The notes: generated by a model from the letters alone, not told the origin. Positions 24,814-35,194 are shown, numbered from the stretch's first letter. The stretch: DNA of 64,000 bases from a virus (IMGVR_UViG_3300032294_001427:54-64053), one strand, 5' to 3'. Numbers and translations are program-made.

Positions 24814-25842
24814 TTAATTTGTAACGTATTCTGTGAAGTTTTCTGCCGATTTCTTCCAGTTTATATTTTTGACGCTTAAATACGTTGTGCCGCGATCAAC
24901 GTTCAGAGCGAAACAGATCGCTGTTGATAAATCCTCATCGGTAAATCCATTCACACCGTTTTGTATTTGGTCAATTGGTCCTGTTACTGGGTAAGCGGCA
25001 ACTGGTGTTCCACATGCCATCGCTTCGAGAATGACTATCCCATATGTGTCTACTCTGCTCGGGAAAACTAATACATCTGCAGATTGATAATATTGTGCAA
25101 GAGATTCACCAAATTTATATCCAACGAAACGAACATTTGGGTATTTTTTTTGCAACTTATTTTTGTATGGACCATCACCAACAACAATTTTGACAACTTC
25201 TGTTAATGGAAAAACGCAACCAGAAACATCTAGTTCGCAAAATAAGTCTATATTTTTTTCTTTGCTGACGCGACCAACGTATAACAGAACAACCTTGTTA
25301 TCGTTATATCTATCATTGAATTGAAAATGAGAATCATATCCCTTACTTAAAACGACTGAGTTCCATTTTGGGTTTTCTTTAGCACTAGATTTTGAGGAGC
25401 ACATCACATATTTTGCATTCTTATGAAACCAATCAAAATACCATTTTGTCCAAGAAACTGGAATTCCGTATATTTCTTTGAAGAATTCGGGGAATTTTGT
25501 ATGGTATGCAGTCGTGTACTTAATTCCAAGTTTTTCAAGAACTCTTTTGGCTTGTAGACCAAGAATACCTTCCGTGGCAATATGGTATTTTGTATCATAA
25601 CCCTGATTGTGCCAATAGATATCTTTAGTCTCAATCAAATCTAACATTTTACTATAAGAACATAAAGATATAGGAACTTCTTTATAAAAAGGGAATTTTA
25701 TTGAAGAAAATTGCCCAGGATGAATTACATCTATTGTGACGTTCGCTGGTAAATTTTTTATGATGTTCTTATATGTTGTCACCACCCCATTAACTTGTGG
25801 TTCCCATGCATCCGTAATTAAGATTATTTTTGTGCGTGCCAT
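24814..25842 (-). CDS. GT4 glycosyltransferase, Agt-like glycolipid synthase
   Basis: ITDAWEPQVNGVV, HIATEG, TTAYHTKFPE, YVGRVSKEKN, DTYGIVILEAMACGTPV. Confidence 0.8.
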   Translation of the reverse strand: MARTKIILITDAWEPQVNGVVTTYKNIIKNLPANVTIDVIHPGQFSSIKFPFYKEVPISLCSYSKMLDLIETKDIYWHNQGYDTKYHIATEGILGLQAKRVLEKLGIKYTTAYHTKFPEFFKEIYGIPVSWTKWYFDWFHKNAKYVMCSSKSSAKENPKWNSVVLSKGYDSHFQFNDRYNDNKVVLLYVGRVSKEKNIDLFCELDVSGCVFPLTEVVKIVVGDGPYKNKLQKKYPNVRFVGYKFGESLAQYYQSADVLVFPSRVDTYGIVILEAMACGTPVAAYPVTGPIDQIQNGVNGFTDEDLSTAICFALNVDRGTTYLSVKNINWKKSAENFTEYVTN

Positions 25843-26567
25843 CGTAAAATCTCCCATTCTCCATTTAAATGCTCCACTAATGCACTCATCGATTCTACCC
25901 AGTCTCCATCATTCATATAAATGATACCGTTAACATTTTTAATCTCAGCCCGATGAACGTGCCCACAAATGATTCCATCGGCTTTTTGTTTTTTACAATA
26001 ATCTGTGATCAACTCTTCAAAATTATTGACGTATGATAGTGCTTCTTTGGTTTTATTTTTGAGATATTGACTCAAACTCCAGTGCGGCAAATTTAACCAA
26101 CCACGGACTTTACTAACAACAGTATTAATTTTCAGAAGAATGTCATACAAGACATCCCCTAAATGGTATAGCCACTGTAGTTTTGTTCTCAAAACACCAT
26201 CAAATAAATCACCGTGTATTACAATATAAGTGTTACCATCTACGCCGATATGGCGGCATTGATTGACCAATTTTATGTTTCCGAAATTTATGTCAAATGG
26301 TAGCAAATCACGAAATGCATCATCATGATTCCCAACAATATAAGTTACTTTAGTGTCGTTTTTCGCAGCCTTCAGGATTTTACGAACCACATCAGTATGA
26401 GATTGTGGCCAATAGAACTTCTGTTTCAATCGCCATCCGTCAATAATATCGCCAACAAGGTACAAATTTTTGCAAGAATTATTTTTCAAAAAATCGCATA
26501 ACAAATCCGCTTTACATCCCCTAGATCCAAGATGGATGTCAGAGATAAAGATCGATTTGTATTGCAT
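25824..26567 (-). CDS. Metallophosphoesterase, PlcP/LpxH-like (phospholipase C)
   Basis: ISDIHLG, VGDIIDGW, YWPQSH, GNHD, HGD, CGHVH, NDGDWVES. Confidence 0.8.
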   Translation of the reverse strand: MQYKSIFISDIHLGSRGCKADLLCDFLKNNSCKNLYLVGDIIDGWRLKQKFYWPQSHTDVVRKILKAAKNDTKVTYIVGNHDDAFRDLLPFDINFGNIKLVNQCRHIGVDGNTYIVIHGDLFDGVLRTKLQWLYHLGDVLYDILLKINTVVSKVRGWLNLPHWSLSQYLKNKTKEALSYVNNFEELITDYCKKQKADGIICGHVHRAEIKNVNGIIYMNDGDWVESMSALVEHLNGEWEILRWHAQK

Positions 26568-26610
26568 TATAGACTCCTAGGGATAGAATCATTATATAGG
26601 ATGCAAATTA

Positions 26611-26808
26611 TTACCGTTGTATTAAAAGATGGGGATCGTCTGTTAGATGCAGAAAAAAAGTCTTCAATCCATCTATCTGTTGGATGAATCCCCATGGCCC
26701 CGATCTTTTAGCAGCGTAGTATGAGTCCTGCTTACGAATCAAGACCCATTCGTTTCCGTACAGTTGGAGAAACTGTAGACCGTGTTTTGTTTTTGGTTGT
26801 AGAATCAT
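26611..26808 (-). CDS. Small hypothetical protein
   Basis: ORF; pattern like 19470-19682. Confidence 0.5.
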   Translation of the reverse strand: MILQPKTKHGLQFLQLYGNEWVLIRKQDSYYAAKRSGPWGFIQQIDGLKTFFLHLTDDPHLLIQR

Positions 26809-26937
26809 AGAAGGTTCGGTTCATCTTTCCCCCCACTGCGCAGTGGGTGCTAGATTGTACTTCTCTAGCGGGATCCTATAAGACTCAGCGTAGTACGCAT
26901 GACCTCTACACCGAAAGGTTGAGGCGAGTGTTGCTAT

Positions 26938-27180
26938 TTAGTATTTTTCAGTTTCAAGAAACTTTAATTCTTGAAGAGTTTTCTGGCGTTTGGGTGTGTG
27001 GTGTATATCGCATATCGGGCAACGGGGGACACCGCAATCCAAAGCACGCTGTTTAGCATAACGATGTTTCTCTTTCACTTTTATACCAGCACCCCTAGCG
27101 ATCTTCACCTGTTTCTTGATATGCGTTTCAGTATTTGCCATTCGCTTTGATCGACGAATTTTCTGGTCTTCGCTAGCCAT
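26938..27180 (-). CDS. Basic hypothetical protein
   Basis: HRYAK..DCGVPRCPIC. Confidence 0.65.
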   Translation of the reverse strand: MASEDQKIRRSKRMANTETHIKKQVKIARGAGIKVKEKHRYAKQRALDCGVPRCPICDIHHTPKRQKTLQELKFLETEKY

Positions 27181-27182
27181 TT

Positions 27183-27443
27183 TTACCCCATTGAAATAGA
27201 CTTTACATTCTCCACACGGAACGACCGCCATCCATTCTTCTCAACATCCCAGACAGAGACGTTGTTGCTACTCTGATTCTGTTCCGCAACAACCTCACCG
27301 TTATTCTTAACAGAACTGGGAACCAAGTCACTACGCAAAGTGCAGCGCATGATTCGCTCATCGCCGTTCACTTTGGTAAACGTCACATCCACAATGTTAT
27401 GACGAAGCATGTCAACCAATCCATCACGAGTAAAAACGTTCAT
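27183..27443 (-). CDS. SH3-fold/WYL-like T4 conserved protein (DUF2693-like)
   Basis: VTFTKVNGDERIMRCTL..VWDVEKNGWRSFR. Confidence 0.8.
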   Translation of the reverse strand: MNVFTRDGLVDMLRHNIVDVTFTKVNGDERIMRCTLRSDLVPSSVKNNGEVVAEQNQSSNNVSVWDVEKNGWRSFRVENVKSISMG

Positions 27444-27452
27444 AGTGTACCC

Positions 27453-27818
27453 TCAAACTTGCTTAACAATAGACCTAATAATTTTATCTGAAAACTGCCA
27501 ATTAGTCAAGATCTGCTTAAACATCTCTTTAATGTCTTTCTTAGGAATAGTTTTATTTTTAACCATCAGTCCATTGTATCCAGCGCGGGCATGGTTACAG
27601 ATAAAATGCTTAACATCGCCGATGTACGCGGACAAAAATTCAACTTCACTTCGGTCTTCTTTGTAAGTCAGCACATGATACTTGTATCCAAGTTCATCTG
27701 GCTTTATTTGTCGATCTTCATATCTATAGATTGTAGATTCTACTTCTCTGTTAGGTTTATCTTGTGTCAAATCAACATACCATAATGCTCCATCACAATT
27801 ATCGTATTCGTTTGCCAT
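27453..27818 (-). CDS. Hypothetical protein
   Basis: ORF with RBS. Confidence 0.65.
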   Translation of the reverse strand: MANEYDNCDGALWYVDLTQDKPNREVESTIYRYEDRQIKPDELGYKYHVLTYKEDRSEVEFLSAYIGDVKHFICNHARAGYNGLMVKNKTIPKKDIKEMFKQILTNWQFSDKIIRSIVKQV

Positions 27819-27827
27819 CCTATGCTC

Positions 27828-28394
27828 CTATGCTTTTTCTTTTTTCGCTTGATGCTCGATCATATATCTTGCGATGTACCAAGCGTCAACGATATCAGTT
27901 GTGGGTGAACCGAGTTTTGTTGTAGGGCTTATTATACTATGTAAATCTACAAAAGTATCTTTTACAAAGGCTTCGTACATTTTTTCTTTGGTCGCGTTAC
28001 CCTTACCCGTGGCAAACTTCTTTACAACGGTTGGGGGAACGGTGAAAAACTTGTATCCATTTTTATGGAGCAGATACTTTAATATGCCGCAGTTCTCGGC
28101 GAGGTTGAAAACTTTACCCTTTGATCCAAAAGAGTAGTCCTCAATCATAATCAATAGATCTTTCTTATCGAAATCAGCAAGGATTGTGAGAACCCAAGAA
28201 GCGATGTTTTCATATCGCTCTTGGTCTGTTAGATATTCCTCATGGGCTTCGCCCAAAATATTATGAAATTTTCCTTGTACTGATTTTCTGTCGTTCAGGA
28301 AATAGAAATACGAATTGGAAAATGTCTTATCACGAGAGACGCAAACACACGGAGAAGTCAGCGAGTAATCAATGCCGACGATTACTGTTGTCAT
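27828..28394 (-). CDS. RuvC-like Holliday junction nuclease
   Basis: GIDYSLTSP, IEDYSF, PTVVKKFATGKGNATK, DIVDA. Confidence 0.8.
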   Translation of the reverse strand: MTTVIVGIDYSLTSPCVCVSRDKTFSNSYFYFLNDRKSVQGKFHNILGEAHEEYLTDQERYENIASWVLTILADFDKKDLLIMIEDYSFGSKGKVFNLAENCGILKYLLHKNGYKFFTVPPTVVKKFATGKGNATKEKMYEAFVKDTFVDLHSIISPTTKLGSPTTDIVDAWYIARYMIEHQAKKEKA

Positions 28395-28587
28395 CTTCGT
28401 CTGCATCGCTCTCGTCGTCGAAGAATGGATCTTCTTCTTCGTCATTAAAATCTAGTTCTTCGTTTTCGTTGTCGTAAAAATCGCCACAGAACGGGCAATG
28501 GCTCGGGGTATAACTGACTTCATCTTCGTCGAAAGATAGCGTGAAATGCGAGCCACAGTTATCACACGTTAGTTTTAGATCTGACAT
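28369..28587 (-). CDS. Zn-ribbon protein with acidic tail
   Basis: CDNC..CPFCG. Confidence 0.7.
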   Translation of the reverse strand: MSDLKLTCDNCGSHFTLSFDEDEVSYTPSHCPFCGDFYDNENEELDFNDEEEDPFFDDESDADEDDNSNRRH

Positions 28588-28753
28588 ATCAGACTCTCCT
28601 TAATAAAAGCCTACTTTCTATATAGGCGTTGAAATTGATGCGGCATTGCGCATAAAGCACGATAAATGCCTTTATACTTCCAGATGAATCTGAAGATGAT
28701 CCATAGAGTTTTGATGTTTGGGAATTTGCGCATAGCAATTTCTCATAGAAATT

Positions 28754-30010
28754 TTACTTTATATAGAAATATTTCTCGATCTGTTTTATGCCATTTAGGT
28801 CTTTCATTTTTTCTATCACATCTTTATCGATCAGATCTGGGTGCACCCACCAATCCTCGAAGGTTGAAATTCCGTCTGGAGACACATCACTCACGACTAA
28901 TTCATAACCCATTGCTCGCAGGTATTTGCGCGACTTCTCACGATAACTTCGTGTGATATCAACATAATAGTCGTGCTCATATGTTATGACACCAAACTTA
29001 AATTGGTCGAACGGAATCTTCAATAGAATTTCAAATGTAACTTTGCTAGGTTCGCAATCTAATTGCAAGTAATCCACCACACCATTAGATGACAAATCCT
29101 TCAACAATTTCACATAATTAACCTGCGTAGCATCGGACATTAGAACTGGGTTTTTCCTATGCTTCTTATATTCATCGACCAATTCTTGCTTATATTCTAT
29201 ACCCAAACCAGTCCAACCATATTCAGTTTCCAGTAACGCAGTATTGTTACCGAAATACGGGCTTGCGCTACCTATCTCCAAATATGTACCATTTCTTTTT
29301 CCTTTCGTCATCGATAGAACAAATATGTCCTGAAAAACTTGAGAATACGATCTTTTAATTTTATCAGAACCTTCAAATTTATATCTCAGTTGATCGTGTT
29401 TCGCTTGATCGTAATAACGAAATGCTTGGCTTTCTGGACCGCTCCCTAAATTAGTCAAATTTATTTGTAGTGCTTTATAGTGAGACTCATCCAATTGATC
29501 AACATAATCATCGGCTAAGGTGTGAAATAGTTTTCTAGATTCGGCGGACTTACCCCACCACCAAGCACACACGGCTTTCTCGAAAATCAAACCATACTTT
29601 CCAACGTATTCGACATCGCCTCTCAAAGGTGGCAGTGTAAAGTCTGCAAATTGCAGCCCAACTTCGGCAGTCGTATATCCAGAAACATAACTTTGACTCT
29701 TTTCATGAGTTCTTGCTAGTAGAAAATATGCTTCTGGTCTATTTGGCAGTAACATCATGGCTTGATAGAAAGCGCCTCGAACCGAATTGGTTCTGTTTTT
29801 AGGTTTCTCAAAACAATGACCTATCATCAAAAGACACTCATATGCCAAATTTTTATCTGATGTTCTCTCTGCCGCTCTTAGAAAAAACGACAATGCTGCC
29901 GCAGTCTGATTAGCGCCATAGTATAACCTAGCCAAAGAATAATTAAGTTCTGGATTTTCTGTGTCCATCAAATAACTATTCAACGAATTCTGTATAGATT
30001 GTTCAATCAT
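28754..30010 (-). CDS. TPR plus FkbM-like methyltransferase
   Basis: TPR-like helices; SYSQVFQD, YLEIGS, NNTALLE, VDYLQLDCEP. Confidence 0.8.
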   Translation of the reverse strand: MIEQSIQNSLNSYLMDTENPELNYSLARLYYGANQTAAALSFFLRAAERTSDKNLAYECLLMIGHCFEKPKNRTNSVRGAFYQAMMLLPNRPEAYFLLARTHEKSQSYVSGYTTAEVGLQFADFTLPPLRGDVEYVGKYGLIFEKAVCAWWWGKSAESRKLFHTLADDYVDQLDESHYKALQINLTNLGSGPESQAFRYYDQAKHDQLRYKFEGSDKIKRSYSQVFQDIFVLSMTKGKRNGTYLEIGSASPYFGNNTALLETEYGWTGLGIEYKQELVDEYKKHRKNPVLMSDATQVNYVKLLKDLSSNGVVDYLQLDCEPSKVTFEILLKIPFDQFKFGVITYEHDYYVDITRSYREKSRKYLRAMGYELVVSDVSPDGISTFEDWWVHPDLIDKDVIEKMKDLNGIKQIEKYFYIK

Positions 30011-30013
30011 AAA

Positions 30014-30424
30014 TTATTTCAACCATCCAATTTTTTTACCCAAAGCAACTCGACGATCATATTCCTCATGCGACCCTGGATATCTCCAAGCCCAAACAAG
30101 CCAAAAGATCATAAAGACGCCAACCGAAATAAGCCCAGCCAATTTCATGCCAATATATAGAAGCCATGAATAACTGGCTAAACAACAAACGAGCATTATA
30201 TACTTTGCTCTAGTCGGATAAATTCTTTTTTGAGTCCAGTCTTGGATATAAGGTCCGAACACTGAGTGATTATATAGCCATGCGTGCAGTTCAGGTGAAC
30301 CCTTGGCGAAGCACCATAAAGCCAACGCAACGAAAGTCGTCGTCGGAATCCCTGGCACAATCGCCCCAATATACGCACACCCAACAAAAAATAAACCGAA
30401 CGTTCTCCATATCCACTTGCGCAT
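30014..30424 (-). CDS. YbaN/DUF454 inner membrane protein
   Basis: IGAIVPGIPTTTF..CFAKGS..WLYNHSVFGP. Confidence 0.85.
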   Translation of the reverse strand: MRKWIWRTFGLFFVGCAYIGAIVPGIPTTTFVALALWCFAKGSPELHAWLYNHSVFGPYIQDWTQKRIYPTRAKYIMLVCCLASYSWLLYIGMKLAGLISVGVFMIFWLVWAWRYPGSHEEYDRRVALGKKIGWLK

Positions 30425-30439
30425 GGTATTCCTCCCGTT

Positions 30440-31636
30440 TTAATCAAAGAAAAACATTTGCCACAATCGACCATCTGTTCTGTCTTGTCCAAAATATTCG
30501 CTGGCAGAATGGATGCTACTGGCATCAAAAATGACCAATCGATTAAACACATTACCCAAAACATCGACGGGCTGGAATGGTGTTCTATCTAGATGAGTCT
30601 TTTCATCTGTGGGCCAAACTTGTTTCCAATTAGGATCATGGTAATCTCTAACTCTAGTTTTTTTATGGGCATATAGAGTAGTCCCAGTTTCAAATGGTGC
30701 TTCTGGTGTCAGATAAATCATGCCAGCCCATTTCTGAAGATCGCAATGATAGACTAATGCTTCTCCCGCCCAAGCAATTTGAAATCTGCCATTCATATCA
30801 TATTCTTGCCATCGTGTGATTTTTCTACCCATGACATCTTCAAACTGCTCTTTCAGACCATCAAACAGAAACTGCTTAGAAGTTCTTCGGCCAATGTAAC
30901 CGCGACCGAACCCACCTTCTATGTATTCCTGCTTCAGCGCGAACTCTCTTATGGCTATTGGATTTGCGTAGAAGTCATCGACAACCCAAACTCTATTTCG
31001 ACTATTTGGATTAAAAGCAAAAGTATTATCGCTGTTTATCATCTTTGAAATCTTTCTATTGAAGGATAGTGGATCATACTTTTTATAGTATTCGCGGATA
31101 GTACTTTTTTCCGAGTCATTCAACTCGCTCCAATGGTTATCGACGAGGAAAGTTAAGTGGTTCTTACATTCCACGTGCTTTCCCCACCACCAAGAAGAAA
31201 TCATCAACTCAAAAATAAATGATCTAGCGCCATTAAATGGAACATCAGTCTTGATGTAATTGAAATCAGATAGATTGTTTGCCTTTAAACCTAGTTCCGC
31301 ATATATGTACGCATCGACATATTGATCATGTCTTCTGTTCAAATTGCTGATTAGATAATATGCTTCTTGTCTGTTTGGTAATAGACAGATTGCATGTTTA
31401 TACGCGCCAGTGGCACTGAACTTTCTATTGCCCTGCTTATCGAAACACAGCCCGATATAGAGTAGACACTCGTATGCCAACAACTTATCGGATGTTCTTT
31501 CGGCTGCTCGAAGATAATAAGATAGCGCGGCTGCAGTCTGCCCGATAGAATAGTAAAAAGACCCGAGTTCATAATTGAACTCGGGGTTTTCTGGATCATT
31601 CAAATATTGGTTGATTATGAAATCAAAATTATCCAT
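30440..31636 (-). CDS. TPR plus 2OG-Fe(II) oxygenase
   Basis: VVDDFYANP, HCD, WAGMIYL, FNRLVIFD..H, RLWQMFF. Confidence 0.8.
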   Translation of the reverse strand: MDNFDFIINQYLNDPENPEFNYELGSFYYSIGQTAAALSYYLRAAERTSDKLLAYECLLYIGLCFDKQGNRKFSATGAYKHAICLLPNRQEAYYLISNLNRRHDQYVDAYIYAELGLKANNLSDFNYIKTDVPFNGARSFIFELMISSWWWGKHVECKNHLTFLVDNHWSELNDSEKSTIREYYKKYDPLSFNRKISKMINSDNTFAFNPNSRNRVWVVDDFYANPIAIREFALKQEYIEGGFGRGYIGRRTSKQFLFDGLKEQFEDVMGRKITRWQEYDMNGRFQIAWAGEALVYHCDLQKWAGMIYLTPEAPFETGTTLYAHKKTRVRDYHDPNWKQVWPTDEKTHLDRTPFQPVDVLGNVFNRLVIFDASSIHSASEYFGQDRTDGRLWQMFFFD

Positions 31637-32615
31637 ACACTATATTTTGAAAGATGTTTTTTGGAATCTCAAGAAGATACGCCGCGTTGTCTTGGAATCC
31701 GAATGAGATGATTATATTACCGTTGTACTCTGTCATACCAGCACAAAATTCTATCTCAGCAGCCATAAAATCAAACGGCTCACCCATCTTGATAACATTC
31801 CAATCTTTATCCCAAACCACGAATGCATGTCTATATCTAGCATTCTTTCTGCCAGCCTCACTCTTGTAAAGGTTTGCCGTGTGAGTTAAGGCGATTCTGT
31901 GGTCACCATAAGAGATCACTTGACTGCCGCCTCTAAAGTCATATGGCTTAACGATGTATTTACTTTGGTCCAGATGGACTGTGGTGCAGGTCTTATTTTC
32001 GGGATCGACTTTTACAACTTCTGTTGGATTGCACCACTTCACATAGTGATATGGCATATCGACGACGGGCATCCAATTTTTTTCGCAATAAGAGTCATTT
32101 TTTCCTGGGGATGGAATTCGAAATCTTGAAATTTCTTTTGCTACGCCATCAACAACACTAATCTCAGACAATTCCATCCGACCCTGACCGTTTGTTGTGG
32201 TATCCCTTCGAACACCAGTAGCATACAATTTGCCTTCCCAGCGAACCAATCGAACGTCCTCAAGACCAATGAATTCCCAGAGAGGCTTGACATCGTGTGT
32301 CGATGTATCTATGGCACTGAATGTATCAATCATCAAATTAGAATTGACAGTGCATAGATAATTTTTAGTAGTGAGAGTGATGTCATTCTCTGGGTTCAAG
32401 TACACCAGTGGACCGTATTCGTGTTCGTAAATGCCTTTCTCTGCATGATATAGAGTATATTGGCAGTGTCTGACATTTACTAATAGCGAATTCGTTTCAA
32501 CATCATTATATACAGATGGATTGAACAACCCCGTCCCATTAGTTAAATTCGAAGGGATTATTAACGGGGTTATTCTTCCACCATTTTGCAATACATATTT
32601 CGCAAGATTATCCAT
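31629..32615 (-). CDS. Beta-propeller glycoside hydrolase/phosphorylase (GH130-like)
   Basis: FNPS, GLEDVRL, EKNWMP, RGGSQ, IEFCAG. Confidence 0.7.
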   Translation of the reverse strand: MDNLAKYVLQNGGRITPLIIPSNLTNGTGLFNPSVYNDVETNSLLVNVRHCQYTLYHAEKGIYEHEYGPLVYLNPENDITLTTKNYLCTVNSNLMIDTFSAIDTSTHDVKPLWEFIGLEDVRLVRWEGKLYATGVRRDTTTNGQGRMELSEISVVDGVAKEISRFRIPSPGKNDSYCEKNWMPVVDMPYHYVKWCNPTEVVKVDPENKTCTTVHLDQSKYIVKPYDFRGGSQVISYGDHRIALTHTANLYKSEAGRKNARYRHAFVVWDKDWNVIKMGEPFDFMAAEIEFCAGMTEYNGNIIISFGFQDNAAYLLEIPKNIFQNIVYG

Positions 32616-32632
32616 AAGCAATACCTATAATA

Positions 32633-34522
32633 TTAAAGTTCACATCCACCCGCAGTACAGGCAAGTTCTTTTGCTGACGTTGTAGTGTCAGTTTCTTCCA
32701 TAAACTCAGTCCAATTAATATCTAGGTTCTGAGATGCTAGAAGTTCATTGTACTTGGCTTCATCGATTTCTTCGTATGGCGCTTGACGGTATGAACCATT
32801 GTCACGCGGGAGGAAAGAAACACCAGATAGAATCGAGATGTTCTTGTATACCCATGCGCCAACTTCCATCCACTCGTCGTCGCCAACATACACGGTGATA
32901 GATGGCTTATGCTCACACCAATGATCCTGATACGTCTTCCAAAGTTCCAACTGTTCAATCGCAGTCATGTCATTGCGAGTGACGGAGTTCTTTGGTGCCT
33001 TCATTGGGAATGAGAATACCCAGTTTGACTTGCTGTAGAAATCTTCTTCAGCCTTGTATCCCTTGTCAATCATAAACTGCGCGAGTGGATCCTTCATATC
33101 TGCTCTTACGCGACGGATATAGTACTGAGCATAACGTGGGTGAATGCCCGATGCAGAATCGACCAACTGTGAAACCGTACCAGAAGGTTTGACGCACGTG
33201 ATTGCAGCAGATTGTGGAATGCCGAGAACATCTGCGAATTCCTTATTCGTTTCAACGCAATGTAGACGAATCTCGTCCAATGCATCCGCAAGTTTCTGAG
33301 ATGGCTTGTTCAGCAACTTGTTGTCACAGATACCCGTGAGTGAAACACCCAGCAGACGCTCTTCATCGCAGTTGTTCTTCCAACGCTTGTTGATGTATCG
33401 AAAGTCTGTCAGCGTCGATTGAAGCGTGCCAATGATTGTAGCGAGGCGAGCCTTGCGCTTCAATGATTGAACGTCATCCGATGCACGCACAACAATCTCA
33501 GAAAGATTACAGAATTCAAATGGACGCAAAATAATTTCAGAACAAGGATTGGTGCCAAAGTCATGCTTTGGATCGCGGCGACCGTTCTTGGCTGCAACAG
33601 CCTGTGAAGCAGCACGCGAGAAAATACCACGTTCACCAGACTTGCTCATGTATAGAGCGTGCCATTCGTTCATGAACGTGTCCATATCAACACGCTTATC
33701 ATACACCGCTGAAATGTTTGCGAGTGCGCGTTGACCGTTATGTGTCCACCATTCACCCGACTTTGCATGACGCAAATGGTCGTCATTGAGATCGGTGAGA
33801 GAGATCAGGGCAGAGCGACGGACGCCGCCGCACACAACAATATCTGCAATCTTACAGACGATATCATGACATTCCAATGTTGACAGTTTTCTGCCGCGTG
33901 CTTTTGTAAAAATGTTGATGGTAAATTTAATGAGATCAATCAGTGGCTCTGGACCAGAAGCGCGACCGCCGAATGTCTTTAGACGTTCACCCGCTGGACG
34001 AACCTTGCTGACATCCCACTTTGGAATTTTTCCAGAGTACAATAGAGAAACGATCTCGCGGTATGCTGAAGCCCACCCGATTTTACTATCAGCCACGACT
34101 ACAGTGGTGTCCGTCTCATGAAGTTCTTCTGGTACTTCTGGGAGTTTGTTTGTGTACTTGGATTCTACAGAGAAACCAACACCAGTTCCACACATCAAAA
34201 TATACATCACTTCATCGAATGCTTTTGGGCTGTCGATTGCGATGTATGAACAATTGTAACCAGCAACTTGATCTTTTTCCAATGCGGGACCAGCAGTCAT
34301 CAAGCAGCGCATCGATGGCATGACCTCCAAATTTAAAATTGCTGAACGCAATTCTTCCCATGGAACATGTTTATTGTTGTTAGTCTTATCTTTGAAAAAA
34401 TTGATGTATCTATCAACGGTTTCCTCATAAGTTTCACGGCGACCTATTTCATAGTTAAATCTAGCATATCGTGAAATGTGTATGAAGTCTTGATAGATAC
34501 TGGGAAGTCTAGTTGTCATCAT
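32633..34522 (-). CDS. nrdJ: Class II (adenosylcobalamin) ribonucleotide reductase
   Basis: PSMR, YNCS, VRRSALI, GTNPCSEI, CNLSE, TCVKPSGT, C-terminal ACTAGGCE. Confidence 0.93.
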   Translation of the reverse strand: MMTTRLPSIYQDFIHISRYARFNYEIGRRETYEETVDRYINFFKDKTNNNKHVPWEELRSAILNLEVMPSMRCLMTAGPALEKDQVAGYNCSYIAIDSPKAFDEVMYILMCGTGVGFSVESKYTNKLPEVPEELHETDTTVVVADSKIGWASAYREIVSLLYSGKIPKWDVSKVRPAGERLKTFGGRASGPEPLIDLIKFTINIFTKARGRKLSTLECHDIVCKIADIVVCGGVRRSALISLTDLNDDHLRHAKSGEWWTHNGQRALANISAVYDKRVDMDTFMNEWHALYMSKSGERGIFSRAASQAVAAKNGRRDPKHDFGTNPCSEIILRPFEFCNLSEIVVRASDDVQSLKRKARLATIIGTLQSTLTDFRYINKRWKNNCDEERLLGVSLTGICDNKLLNKPSQKLADALDEIRLHCVETNKEFADVLGIPQSAAITCVKPSGTVSQLVDSASGIHPRYAQYYIRRVRADMKDPLAQFMIDKGYKAEEDFYSKSNWVFSFPMKAPKNSVTRNDMTAIEQLELWKTYQDHWCEHKPSITVYVGDDEWMEVGAWVYKNISILSGVSFLPRDNGSYRQAPYEEIDEAKYNELLASQNLDINWTEFMEETDTTTSAKELACTAGGCEL

Positions 34523-34532
34523 CTGCTCCTTG

Positions 34533-35192
34533 TTATTCTGTTGCGATAAATTGCGTTGAAAGTGGAAATACCTCTGCGATAACTTTTGCACACTCTTTCG
34601 CAATTTCCATGTGTTCCTTTTGAGTGCCGTTGCCGCTTCGGAGTTGTATATAGTGAATCCATGAGCGCAAGGTTCCGCTCATATACATTCGTGACATGGT
34701 AAGACCTTCGGGGAGAACTGCGCGGGCAACTTCCTTTGCGATACCATTTTCGATAGCCCATTGATATGCTTCAAGAACTTGCTCAAGAACTTTATTCTGC
34801 TTGATTGTCCACATATCTTGAAGAGTGAAATCTGTCGTTGGAATGCTGTTTTGACGATTCTTCGTGTCTTGCAGTCTTGCTTCGCGGATTTCGAAATTCA
34901 AATCTTTAGTTGGATCAGCATAACGCTGAGAAAATTCTTGGAATGAAAAACTGCGATGACGCAAAATCTGTCGAGCAATATCTCTCGTCGTTTCAATTTC
35001 CAAACACATGGTCGCCATTTCTAGTGGACTCCAGTGCTGATGCTTGATCAAATATTTGATCAACTTTTCTGATGTGTCAGAATTAAATTGGTTGGAGGGA
35101 TTGGATACTCTTGCGCAATAAGCAACAAGGTCCGTTGGCGTATCCAATCCCTCAAGAACTGGCTTGCTATAAGAAATCAATTTCACTTTCAT
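34533..35192 (-). CDS. thyX: Flavin-dependent thymidylate synthase
   Basis: RHRSFSFQEFSQRY ThyX motif; HWSPLE; TQKEH. Confidence 0.95.
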   Translation of the reverse strand: MKVKLISYSKPVLEGLDTPTDLVAYCARVSNPSNQFNSDTSEKLIKYLIKHQHWSPLEMATMCLEIETTRDIARQILRHRSFSFQEFSQRYADPTKDLNFEIREARLQDTKNRQNSIPTTDFTLQDMWTIKQNKVLEQVLEAYQWAIENGIAKEVARAVLPEGLTMSRMYMSGTLRSWIHYIQLRSGNGTQKEHMEIAKECAKVIAEVFPLSTQFIATE

Positions 35193-35194
35193 GT

